Assembly (NCBI GenBank): GCA_035546355.1
Contig: DATKEH010000117.1
Location: 1 to 42,572 of the forward strand
Direction: 5' to 3'
DNA length: 42,572 nucleotides
From: Thermoanaerobaculia bacterium
Lineage (GTDB): Bacteria; Acidobacteriota; Thermoanaerobaculia; Multivoradales; JAIOJS01
Shown here piece by piece: positions 26,618-34,293 of this stretch. The translations under genes and the position numbers were made by a program. The notes beneath the pieces are model-generated. The model did not search any database, was not told where the DNA came from, and saw only the letters and a program-made list of their open reading frames with translations. Position 1 is the first letter of the stretch; each line of letters begins with the position of its first letter.

Positions 26618-27906
26618 TGTCCGAGCCCCACCTCGCCATCCTGGGGGCGGGCCCGATCGGGCTCGAGGCGGCGCTCGCCGCCGTCGACGCCGGCCTGCCC
26701 TTCACCCTCTACGAGGCCGCGCCGCACCCGGCCGCCCACGTCGCCGACTGGGGGCACGTGCGGCTGTTCACGCCATGGGCGATGAGCGTCTCGCCGCGCC
26801 TGCGCCGGCACCTCGGCGGCGCCGGCATCCCGGTCCCCGACGATGCGGCGCGCTGCCCCACCGGCCGCCAGCTGGTCGAGCAGGTCCTCGCCCCCGCCGC
26901 GGCGCTGCCCGCCGTCGCGCCCCACCTGCGCCTGGGCTGCCGGGTGCTGGCGGTGGGGCGGCAGGGGCTGCTCAAGCACCAGGAGATCGCCTCCGCCGAG
27001 CGCGCCCGCCGCCCCTTCCGGCTGCTGCTGGAGGACCCCGGCGGGCAGCGGGTGGAGCTGGCGGCGCGCGTCCTCGACTGCACCGGAAGCTGGGGCCACC
27101 CCAACGCCCTGGGCGACGGCGGCATCCCGGCGCCGGGGGAGGAGGCGCTGGGCGAGCGCATCGTGCGCCGCCTGCCCGACCTGGCCGCCGAGGAGCTCCA
27201 CTGGGCCGGCCGCACCATCCTCCTCGCCGGCGCCGGCCACTCCGCCCAGACCGCCGCCCGCGACCTGGCCGCCCTCGCCCGCCGCCACCCGGCCACCGAG
27301 GTGATGTGGGCGCTGCGCCAGGAGCCGCCGGCGCTGGCCCCGATGGCCGACGATCCGCTGGCCGAGCGGGCGGCGCTCACCGCCGCCGCCGCCCGCCTCG
27401 CCGCCGGCGAGGGGCCGCTGGCGGTGCGCGCGGGGGTGGCGGTGGAGTCGCTGGCGGCGGCGGGCGCCCGCGTCGCCGTCACCCTGCGCCACCGCTCCGG
27501 CGCCACCGACACCGTCACCGTCGACCGCATCCTGGCGCTCACCGGCAGCGTCGGCGACTCCGCGCTCTACCGCCAGCTGCAGGTGCACGAGTGCTACGCC
27601 ACCTGCGGGCCGATGAAGCTCGCCGCGGCGCTGCTCGGCGCCGCCGGCGGCGGCGACTGCCTGCAGCAGACCTCCCACGGCGTCGACGCCCTGGTCAACC
27701 CCGAGCCGGGTTTCTTCCTGCTGGGAGCCAAGTCCTACGGCCGCAACGCGACCTTCCTGCTGCGGGTGGGCTGGCAGCAGGTGGACGAGGTGTTCGGGCT
27801 GCTCGACCGCCAGAGGGGCGGCGACCCTACAACCCTTGCTCCACCCGCCGCGCCAGCTCCTCGCCGATCGGCAGGCAGGAGGTGGCGGCCGGCGACGGGG
27901 CGTTGA
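26617..27906 (+). CDS. FAD/NAD(P)-binding oxidoreductase (two dinucleotide-binding folds)
   Basis: 429 aa with a first fold LAILGAGPIGLEAALAA and a second fold ILLAGAGHSAQTAARDLA. ATG 26617 overlaps the previous stop (TGATG), and the SD GGGGAGG lies 5 nt upstream. The last 26 codons run antisense through the lhgO 3' end. Confidence 0.75.
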   Translation: MSEPHLAILGAGPIGLEAALAAVDAGLPFTLYEAAPHPAAHVADWGHVRLFTPWAMSVSPRLRRHLGGAGIPVPDDAARCPTGRQLVEQVLAPAAALPAVAPHLRLGCRVLAVGRQGLLKHQEIASAERARRPFRLLLEDPGGQRVELAARVLDCTGSWGHPNALGDGGIPAPGEEALGERIVRRLPDLAAEELHWAGRTILLAGAGHSAQTAARDLAALARRHPATEVMWALRQEPPALAPMADDPLAERAALTAAAARLAAGEGPLAVRAGVAVESLAAAGARVAVTLRHRSGATDTVTVDRILALTGSVGDSALYRQLQVHECYATCGPMKLAAALLGAAGGGDCLQQTSHGVDALVNPEPGFFLLGAKSYGRNATFLLRVGWQQVDEVFGLLDRQRGGDPTTLAPPAAPAPRRSAGRRWRPATGR

Positions 27907-29020
27907 GCACGTGCAGCGACCGCTCGCCGGCGGCGATCAGGAAGTCGTCGAGCAGCGTCCCGTCGCGCCCCAGGGCCTGGGCGCGCACCCCGGACGGCGC
28001 CGGCAGCAGGTCCCGGCGCGACAGCTCCGGCACCAGGCGCCGCAGGCTGCGCAGGAACAGCCGCGGCGACAGCGAGCGCGCCATCTCGCCGGCGGCGAGA
28101 CGCGGGTACCGCGCCGCCAGCCGCCACAGCCCCGGCCACGCCAGGGTCTCGGCGAGCTCCGCCGGGTCGACGAGCCCCCAGGAGTACCCCTCGCGCGCCA
28201 GCGCCAGCACCGCGTTGGGCCCGGCGCCGACCTCGCCGTCGACGCCGCGGTGCAGGTGCACCCCGAGGAAGGGGAAGCGCGGGTCGGGGACCGGGTAGAG
28301 CAGGTGGCGCACCAGCTGGCGCGCCGCCGGCCGCAGCCGGTAGTACTCGCCGCGGAAGGGCACGATCCGCACCGCCGGCTCGACCCCGGCCAGCCGCGCC
28401 ACGCGGTCGGCGTACAGGCCGGCGCAGTTGAGCAGCAGCTCGGCCTCCACCGGCCCGGCGGTGGTGGCGAGGCGCAGGCCGCCGCGGCGGTCGCCGACCC
28501 GCTCGACGGTGGCGCCGGTGCGTACCTCCCCGCCCGCCTCCCGCACCTCTTCGGCCAGGGCGTTGGCCACGGCGGCGAAGTCGACGATCCCCGCCTCCGG
28601 CACCAGCAGCGCCGCCGCACCCCGCGCGTGCGGCTCTCGCGCCGCCAGCTGGTCGCGCGCGAGGGGCTCGCTGGCGACCCCGTTGGCGGCCCCGCGCGCC
28701 GCCAGCTCGTCGAGGCGGGCGGCCTCCCCGGCGTCGCCGGCGAGGATCACCTTGCCGCAGACCTCGCAGGGGAGGCCGCGGCGCGCGCACAGCTCGCGCA
28801 GCGCGCGATTGCCGTCGCGCGCGAAGCGGGCCTTGAGACTGCCGGGCCGGTAGTAGATGCCGGAGTGCAGCACGCCACTGTTGCGGCCGCTCTGATGCCG
28901 CGCCGGCGCCGCCTCCTTCTCCAGCACCACCACCCGCGCTGCCGGCAGCCGCTGCTGCACCGCCCGCGCCGCGGCGAGCCCCACCAGCCCCCCCCCGACC
29001 ACCGCCACCGTGTAGGTCAT
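27827..29020 (-). CDS. lhgO: L-2-hydroxyglutarate oxidase/dehydrogenase (FAD-dependent)
   Basis: 397 aa with VAVVGGGLVGLAAA and HQSGRNSGVLHSGIYYRPGSLKA, typical of LhgO/YgaF. Confidence 0.8.
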   Translation of the reverse strand: MTYTVAVVGGGLVGLAAARAVQQRLPAARVVVLEKEAAPARHQSGRNSGVLHSGIYYRPGSLKARFARDGNRALRELCARRGLPCEVCGKVILAGDAGEAARLDELAARGAANGVASEPLARDQLAAREPHARGAAALLVPEAGIVDFAAVANALAEEVREAGGEVRTGATVERVGDRRGGLRLATTAGPVEAELLLNCAGLYADRVARLAGVEPAVRIVPFRGEYYRLRPAARQLVRHLLYPVPDPRFPFLGVHLHRGVDGEVGAGPNAVLALAREGYSWGLVDPAELAETLAWPGLWRLAARYPRLAAGEMARSLSPRLFLRSLRRLVPELSRRDLLPAPSGVRAQALGRDGTLLDDFLIAAGERSLHVLNAPSPAATSCLPIGEELARRVEQGL

Positions 29021-29029
29021 GCGGCGGTC

Positions 29030-29035
29030 ATCCTA
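29030..29035 (-). promoter_or_regulatory. -10-like hexamer TAGGAT, 9 nt upstream of the lhgO ATG
   Basis: The minus strand reads GCGGATAGGAT-GACCGCCGC-ATG with no SD. Confidence 0.25.
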
Positions 29036-29057
29036 TCCGCGCCGCCCCGCTCGCGGC

Positions 29058-29066
29058 TGGTATATT
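29058..29066 (+). promoter_or_regulatory. Extended -10-like element TGGTATATT, 10 nt upstream of the hemH ATG
   Basis: The sequence is TGGTATATT-CCGCGCCGCC-ATG with no SD. Confidence 0.3.
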
Positions 29067-29076
29067 CCGCGCCGCC

Positions 29077-30192
29077 ATGAAGTACCGCGGCGAGGAGACC
29101 TTCGGCCACGCGCAGGAGCCGGCGATCGGCGTGCTGGTGGCCAACCTCGGCACCCCCGACGCGCCCACCGCGCCGGCGCTGCGCCGCTATCTCAAGGAGT
29201 TCCTGTGGGACCCGCGGGTGATCGAGCTGCCGCGCTGGAAGTGGTGGCTGGTGCTCCACCTCTTCGTCCTCACCCGGCGCCCGCGGCAGTCGGCGAAGCT
29301 CTACCGCAAGATATGGACCGCCGAGGGAGGCCCGCTGCTGCTCGGCACCGAGCGCCTGGCGACCCTGCTCGAGCAGTGGCTGCGCCCACGCCTCGACAGC
29401 CCGCTGCACGTGGCGGTGGGGATGCGCTACGGCCGCCCCTCCCTGGGTTCCGCCCTCGACGCGCTCACCGCGCGGGGCTGTCGTCACATCCTGCTGCTGC
29501 CGCTCTACCCGCAGTACTCCGCCACCTCCACCGCCTCGACCTTCGACGTGGTGGCCGGCGAGCTCACCCGGCGCCGCTGGGTGCCGGAGCTGCGCACCGT
29601 CAACGGCTACCACGACGACCCCGCCTACGTCGCCGCGCTCGCCGCCTCGATCCGCGAGGTGTGGGACCGCGACGGCGAGCCGGAGCGGCTGCTGCTCTCC
29701 TTCCACGGCATCCCGCTGTCCTACTTCCTCGCCGGCGACCCCTACTACTGCCAGTGCCAGAAGACCGGCCGCCTGGTGGCCGAGGCGCTGGGCCTGGCGG
29801 AGGGCCGCTACCAGGTGACCTTCCAGTCGCTGTTCGGCAAGGAGGTCTGGCTGCAGCCCTACACCGACGCCACCGTGCGGGCGCTGGGCGCGCAGGGGGT
29901 GGGCAGCCTCGACGTCGCCTGCCCGGGCTTCGCCGTCGACTGCCTCGAGACCCTGGAGGAGATCGACGGCCTGAACCGCGACATCTTCGCCGCTTCCGGG
30001 GGCGGCCGCTTCCGCTATCTGCCCTGCCTCAACGAGCGCCCCGACCACGTGGCGGCGCTGGGGGAGCTGGCCCTGCGGAACCTGCAGGGGTGGTCGGTGG
30101 CGAAGGCGGCGACGGCGGCGCGCTCGGGCGAGCGGCGGCGGCGAGCCGAAGCGCAGGCGGCGCGCTACCCGCTGCCGCTGACGCCGCCCTGA
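29077..30192 (+). CDS. hemH: Ferrochelatase
   Basis: 371 aa with GVLVANLGTPDAP, LKEFLWDPRVIELPR, LPLYPQYSATST and FHGIP. Confidence 0.93.
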   Translation: MKYRGEETFGHAQEPAIGVLVANLGTPDAPTAPALRRYLKEFLWDPRVIELPRWKWWLVLHLFVLTRRPRQSAKLYRKIWTAEGGPLLLGTERLATLLEQWLRPRLDSPLHVAVGMRYGRPSLGSALDALTARGCRHILLLPLYPQYSATSTASTFDVVAGELTRRRWVPELRTVNGYHDDPAYVAALAASIREVWDRDGEPERLLLSFHGIPLSYFLAGDPYYCQCQKTGRLVAEALGLAEGRYQVTFQSLFGKEVWLQPYTDATVRALGAQGVGSLDVACPGFAVDCLETLEEIDGLNRDIFAASGGGRFRYLPCLNERPDHVAALGELALRNLQGWSVAKAATAARSGERRRRAEAQAARYPLPLTPP

Positions 30193-30884
30193 GCCGCGGG
30201 GCAGGGCGCCGCGGCGCCGCCCCGCTCGGCCAGCCAGCGCGGCAGCTCGTGCACCCCGTCGAGCAGCGCCAGGGGGCGGCAGCGCAGCAGCTGCTGCCGA
30301 TCCTGGGCGCCGCAGCACACCGCCACCGCCGCGGCGCCGGCGGCGGCGGCCATCTCCAGGTCCCAGCTGGTGTCGCCCACCACCAGCGTGGCGTCGGCCC
30401 CCGCCCCCAGCTCCCGCATCAGCTCCAGCACCATGGCCGGGCTGGGCTTGGCCGCCGCCTCGTCGGTGGTGCGCGAGGCGGCGAAGTAGCGCCCCAGGCC
30501 GGTGCGCTCGAAGTCGCGCTCCAGGCCCCGGCGGCTCTTGGCCGTCGCCACCGCCAGCAGGTAGCCCGCCCGCTCGAGGTGGGCGAGGGTGGTCTCCGCC
30601 GGCGGGAACGGGGCGTGGCGCGCGTGCCAGGTGCCAACCCAGTGGCGGCCGTAGGCTTCGCGGACCCGCTGCCGCAGGTCGGCCCCGGCGTCGGGGAAGA
30701 ACCGACGCATGGTGTCGCCGAGCCCGAGGCCGATGGCGCCGCGGATCTGCTCCTCGGGCGGCGCCGGCAGGCCCAGCTCCTCGAAGGCGCAGCGGGTACA
30801 GCCGACGATGCTGGCGATGGAATCGATCAGGGTGCCGTCCCAGTCGAAGACGACGAGGCGGAAGGCGCCCGCGGCGGCGTTCAT
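30165..30884 (-). CDS. HAD-superfamily phosphatase (phosphoglycolate phosphatase-like)
   Basis: 239 aa counted from ATG 30884 (MNAAAGAFRLVVFDWDGTLIDS). HAD motif I is DWDGT, followed by AVATAKSR and VVGDTSWDLEMA. The rest of track ORF 30165..32267 is an off-frame extension. The ATG overlaps the M23 peptidase stop (ATGA). Confidence 0.8.
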   Translation of the reverse strand: MNAAAGAFRLVVFDWDGTLIDSIASIVGCTRCAFEELGLPAPPEEQIRGAIGLGLGDTMRRFFPDAGADLRQRVREAYGRHWVGTWHARHAPFPPAETTLAHLERAGYLLAVATAKSRRGLERDFERTGLGRYFAASRTTDEAAAKPSPAMVLELMRELGAGADATLVVGDTSWDLEMAAAAGAAAVAVCCGAQDRQQLLRCRPLALLDGVHELPRWLAERGGAAAPCPAAQGGVSGSG

Positions 30885-32311
30885 TCGCCCGTCCCGGCAG
30901 CAGCCTGACCGGCGGCCGCGGCCGGATTGCCGAAGGGCAGGGCGGCCCCCAGCTTGCGGTCGATGCGGTCCTGGATCCAGTGCGCGTCCCACCACTCGAC
31001 CGGCGTCACCGGCACCCCCTGCAGGAGGGTGGCGAAGTGCAGGTGGTCGCCCCCGGCGAGGCCGGTGGCGCCGGTGCGACCCAGGCTCTGGCCGCGCTCC
31101 ACCTGCTGCCCCTCCTGCGCGTCGATCGACGACAGGTGGGCGTAGAGCGACAGCAGGCCATAGCCGTGGTCGAGGATGACGACGTTGCCGTAGATCCCCA
31201 GGTAGCTCGCCCACAGGACGACGCCGTCGTTGGCCGCCGGCACCGGCGCCTGCTGGGTCGAGGCGAGGTCGAAGCCGAGGTGGGTCTGCTCGTCGATCTT
31301 CTCGCCATCGTAGAAATAGTGGCGCCGCACCGCGAACGCCGACATCACCTGGCCGCTGGGGAAGGGGAGGAAGTGCTGCCGCCACAGGAACTGCGGCTTG
31401 CTCTGGCCGGCGATCTCGATCAGCTGCCGGCGGTTGCGCTCCCGCAGCTGGTCGTTGATCACGACGTAGGCCGCCGCCAGGTCGTCGGTGGCGCCGACGT
31501 GGGGGCTGTGGGCGGCGATCTCCGGCACCACCTTCTGCAGGAACGGATCGCTGAGCTCGATCTTCGAAACCGGGATGGGCTTGGGGGTGAAACGGTCGAC
31601 GAAGGCGCGCTCGGCGCGGTTGCCCAGCTCGTCTTCGGCCACCAGCCGGATCCGCTCGCGGTCGCCCATGTCGTAGGCGACGCCGAAGAGGGCGAAGGAC
31701 ACTCCCTGCTGGCCGGGCAGCGGGTAGCCGCGATAGAAGTCGTCCCCCGACAGCACCCCGTCCCGCGCCGCCTCCTCCCCCACCCGGTAGACCACCACTT
31801 CGGACCCGCCCTGGGCCACGTAGTGCTGGGTCGACATCACGCTCAGGGTCGGCGGCGTCACGCGCACCGGCAGGGTCAGCTCCTCGACCACCGGCGCGGG
31901 CTGGCGCAGCACCCCGGCCGGCCGCGTCGCCACCACCCGGATGGTGGCTTCGCCGTTGACCAGCCACGGCTGCGCCTGCTTGCCGAGCTCGACCTGCAGG
32001 GTGGCCTCGGGCGTACGCTCCCCCCACACCTGCCACAGCGGACGCGGGGTGAACTCCTTCTCGGCCACCACCTCTTCCTGCTCCCCCTGCCGCAGCAGCA
32101 CCCGCACCAGCTCCAGCCCGCGCAGCGGCTCGCGAACCGCCACCGCCACCGGCGTCGCCGGCCCGATCCCCTTGGCTTCGGTGGCGATCTCGACCTCGGG
32201 CGCCGGCCCCCATCCCATCACCCCCGCCAGCGCCACCAGCGCCACCACCAGCAGCCCGCAGCCGCACCCCATCCGCAAGACCGGCCCTCTGCGCTTGGCT
32301 TCACCCCGCAC
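30881..32311 (-). CDS. M23-family metallopeptidase (membrane anchored)
   Basis: 476 aa with an N-terminal anchor (GCGCGLLVVALVALAGVMGW). M23 motifs are HLGFDLAS and GGDHLHFATLL. GTG 32311 is preceded by AAGGAG with an 8-nt spacer. Confidence 0.88.
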   Translation of the reverse strand: MRGEAKRRGPVLRMGCGCGLLVVALVALAGVMGWGPAPEVEIATEAKGIGPATPVAVAVREPLRGLELVRVLLRQGEQEEVVAEKEFTPRPLWQVWGERTPEATLQVELGKQAQPWLVNGEATIRVVATRPAGVLRQPAPVVEELTLPVRVTPPTLSVMSTQHYVAQGGSEVVVYRVGEEAARDGVLSGDDFYRGYPLPGQQGVSFALFGVAYDMGDRERIRLVAEDELGNRAERAFVDRFTPKPIPVSKIELSDPFLQKVVPEIAAHSPHVGATDDLAAAYVVINDQLRERNRRQLIEIAGQSKPQFLWRQHFLPFPSGQVMSAFAVRRHYFYDGEKIDEQTHLGFDLASTQQAPVPAANDGVVLWASYLGIYGNVVILDHGYGLLSLYAHLSSIDAQEGQQVERGQSLGRTGATGLAGGDHLHFATLLQGVPVTPVEWWDAHWIQDRIDRKLGAALPFGNPAAAAGQAAAGTGE

Positions 32312-32454
32312 GTCGTGTCTCCTTTCCGCGGGCCGCGGCGGCCCGATCCAGCTCTCGATCCGCTCGTCGCATCGTCGCCGCCAGATGCAGCTTCCGCGCC
32401 ACCGGCGCCCGCCCGCCGCGCGCCCGGCGGCTGCCGCGCCCCGCGGGCCTCACC

Positions 32455-32463
32455 TGCTAACGT
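32455..32463 (+). promoter_or_regulatory. Extended -10-like element TGCTAACGT in the M23/DUF547 intergenic region
   Basis: TG-n-TAACGT lies 7 nt before ATG 32471. Confidence 0.25.
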
Positions 32464-32482
32464 CTCCGCCATGGTGGCGGAG
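32464..32482 (+). promoter_or_regulatory. Perfect 7-bp hairpin CTCCGCC-ATGGT-GGCGGAG with the small-ORF ATG in the loop
   Basis: The inverted repeat was read directly from the sequence. Confidence 0.3.
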
Positions 32483-32632
32483 CGCGCGATCACCTTCCCG
32501 GACCCGTGGCGGCAGGCGCTCGCGCGGCTGGGTCGCGGTACCTTCCTGCCGGTCGGCGCCACCGGCTGCTCACCAAACTCTGGGAGGCGGCGGCGGCGCT
32601 CGGGCCCCGACGGCGAGGAGCTCGGGCGTTGA
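32471..32632 (+). CDS. Candidate leaderless small ORF (53 codons), hypothetical
   Basis: The translation is MVAERAITFPDPWRQALARLGRGTFLPVGATGCSPNSGRRRRRSGPDGEELGR. By hand count only 7 of 54 third positions are A/T, a better GC3 than the overlapping track frame that starts at 32506. The ATG lies 7 nt after a TGCTAACGT -10-like element. The TGA stop overlaps the TTG start of the next gene (TTGA). I recognise no homology. Confidence 0.3.
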   Translation: MVAERAITFPDPWRQALARLGRGTFLPVGATGCSPNSGRRRRRSGPDGEELGR

Positions 32633-33441
32633 CGCGGCTCCGCACCGCTCTGCTGCTGTCCCTGATGCTGCTCGCACCGGCCTGCGGGGACGCCGCGCCG
32701 CCCCCGGCGCCGGCGGCCCCGGGGGCGGACGGGGGCGTCGACTGGACGCCATGGGCGCGGCTGCTCGAGCGCCACGTGCGCCCGGGCAGCAAGGGCGGCG
32801 TCGAGCTGACGCGGGTCGACTACTCGGCCCTCGCCGGTGACGGCGCCGAGCTGCGCGCCACGCTGTCGGCGCTGGCCGCCGCCGAGCCCGCCGCCATGAG
32901 CCGCGACCAGCGGCTGGCGCTGTGGATCAACGCCTACAACGCGCTGGCCCTCGAGGTGGTGCGCCAGAGCTGGCCGGTCGACAGCATCCGCGACGCCGGC
33001 GGCGTGCTGTTCGCCAAGGTGTGGGACAAAGAGGTCGCGGCGGTGGCCGGCGCGCCGCGCTCGCTCGACGAGATCGAGCACCGCATCCTGCGGCCGATGG
33101 CCGAGCCGCGCATCCACTTCGCCATCGTCTGCGCCTCGGTCTCCTGCCCCGACCTGCGGCGGGAGCCCTTCCGCGCCAGCCGGCTCGACGGCCAGCTCGA
33201 CGCCCAGACGCGGGCCTTCCTCGCCAACTCCGCCAAGGGGATGCGCCTCGACCGCCAGCGGCGGGTGGTCCACCTGTCGAAGATCTTCGACTGGTTCGGC
33301 GAGGACTTCGCCGCCGCCGGCGGGGTGCTCGCCTTCGTCGCCCGCCACGCGCCGGCGGCGGACGCCGCCTGGCTGCGCCAGCAGGGAGAGAACGTGCGGG
33401 TGGAGTATCTGCACTACGACTGGTCGCTCAACGGCGAATGA
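32629..33441 (+). CDS. DUF547-domain protein, secreted or possibly a lipoprotein
   Basis: DUF547 hallmarks are LALWINAYNALAL and HFAIVCASVSCPDL. I prefer TTG 32629, with GAGGAG 8 nt upstream, which gives the signal peptide MTRLRTALLLSLMLLAPAC. The track start ATG 32506 gives a poor-GC3, R/G-rich extension. Confidence 0.75.
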   Translation: MTRLRTALLLSLMLLAPACGDAAPPPAPAAPGADGGVDWTPWARLLERHVRPGSKGGVELTRVDYSALAGDGAELRATLSALAAAEPAAMSRDQRLALWINAYNALALEVVRQSWPVDSIRDAGGVLFAKVWDKEVAAVAGAPRSLDEIEHRILRPMAEPRIHFAIVCASVSCPDLRREPFRASRLDGQLDAQTRAFLANSAKGMRLDRQRRVVHLSKIFDWFGEDFAAAGGVLAFVARHAPAADAAWLRQQGENVRVEYLHYDWSLNGE

Positions 33442-33444
33442 CCC

Positions 33445-34293
33445 TCACCCGGGACGGCGAGCGGCCACCATCAGATTGGCGCCGTAGCGGCCGGTGCTGG
33501 CGCACCAGGCGTTGACCCGGCCCCCCAGCCGCGCCAGCCAGGGCGCCAGCCGCCGCCCGGCGCCGGCCGCGAAACGCCCCTCGGCGAGCCCCGCTACCGG
33601 CACCACCGGCTGCACGTTGGCGTACTCCCACCCCTCCACCGCCAGCCCCGAGGCCGCCAGCGCCGCCAGCAGGCGGCCGGCGCGGAAGCCGTGCTGGTGC
33701 CCGCCGGTGAGCGTCCACAGGGAGCGCACGAAGCGGTCGGCGGGGGCGTCGCGCGCCAGGCCGGCGAGGTAGTCGCCGAGGGCGCGCCAGGACAGCCGCG
33801 GAGCGTAGACCAGCCAGTAGGCGAGGTAGAAGTGGTAGGCGGTGGTGGTCAGCACCAGCTGCCCGCCGGGGCGGAGGAGGTCCCGGCAGAGCCGGCAGAA
33901 CCCGCTTTCGTCGGCCAGGTGCTCGATCACCTCGGTGGAGAAGACCAGGTCGTAGGGCGGGTCGAGATCGCCAGCGGTGGCGGCGGCGAGATCGAGCTGG
34001 AAGAGCCGCCGGTAGTGCCCCGTGCGGCGCGCCGCCGCCAGCGCCGGCGCCGCGCCGTCGCAGGCGTCCACCCGCTCCGCCAGCGCGGCCAGCGGCGCGC
34101 CCCAGGCGCCGGTGCCGCAGCCGAGGTCGATGGCGCGGCCCACGGGCGCCCCATCCACCGCCCGCTGCAGGAATTCCGCGAAGGTCGCCTGGCTCAGGTC
34201 GTGCCAGCGGGCGAGGGCGGCGAAGTACTCGCTGCCGTAGAGGGCAGGGAGCCCCTCCCGGGCGGGGCCGCGAGGTGGCGGCGGCGGCGTCAC
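33445..34293 (-). CDS. Class I SAM-dependent methyltransferase
   Basis: 282 aa with SAM motif I IDLGCGTGAWG, a post-I acidic residue, YDLVFSTEVIEHL and LRPGGQLVL. The GTG start overlaps the M48 peptidase stop (GTGA). Confidence 0.8.
   Translation of the reverse strand: MTPPPPPRGPAREGLPALYGSEYFAALARWHDLSQATFAEFLQRAVDGAPVGRAIDLGCGTGAWGAPLAALAERVDACDGAAPALAAARRTGHYRRLFQLDLAAATAGDLDPPYDLVFSTEVIEHLADESGFCRLCRDLLRPGGQLVLTTTAYHFYLAYWLVYAPRLSWRALGDYLAGLARDAPADRFVRSLWTLTGGHQHGFRAGRLLAALAASGLAVEGWEYANVQPVVPVAGLAEGRFAAGAGRRLAPWLARLGGRVNAWCASTGRYGANLMVAARRPG

Noticed and set aside
28988-28996. Homopolymer runs (C9 at 28988-28996 inside the lhgO GGG codons; C8 at 9120-9127 in the ppiD leader; G8 near 22943 in the PKS gene) as phase-variation tracts
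   Set aside because: The reading frames are intact. The lhgO run encodes the Gly-Gly-Gly of the FAD-binding motif. The runs are short for contingency loci, and there is no evidence of variation from a single sequence.
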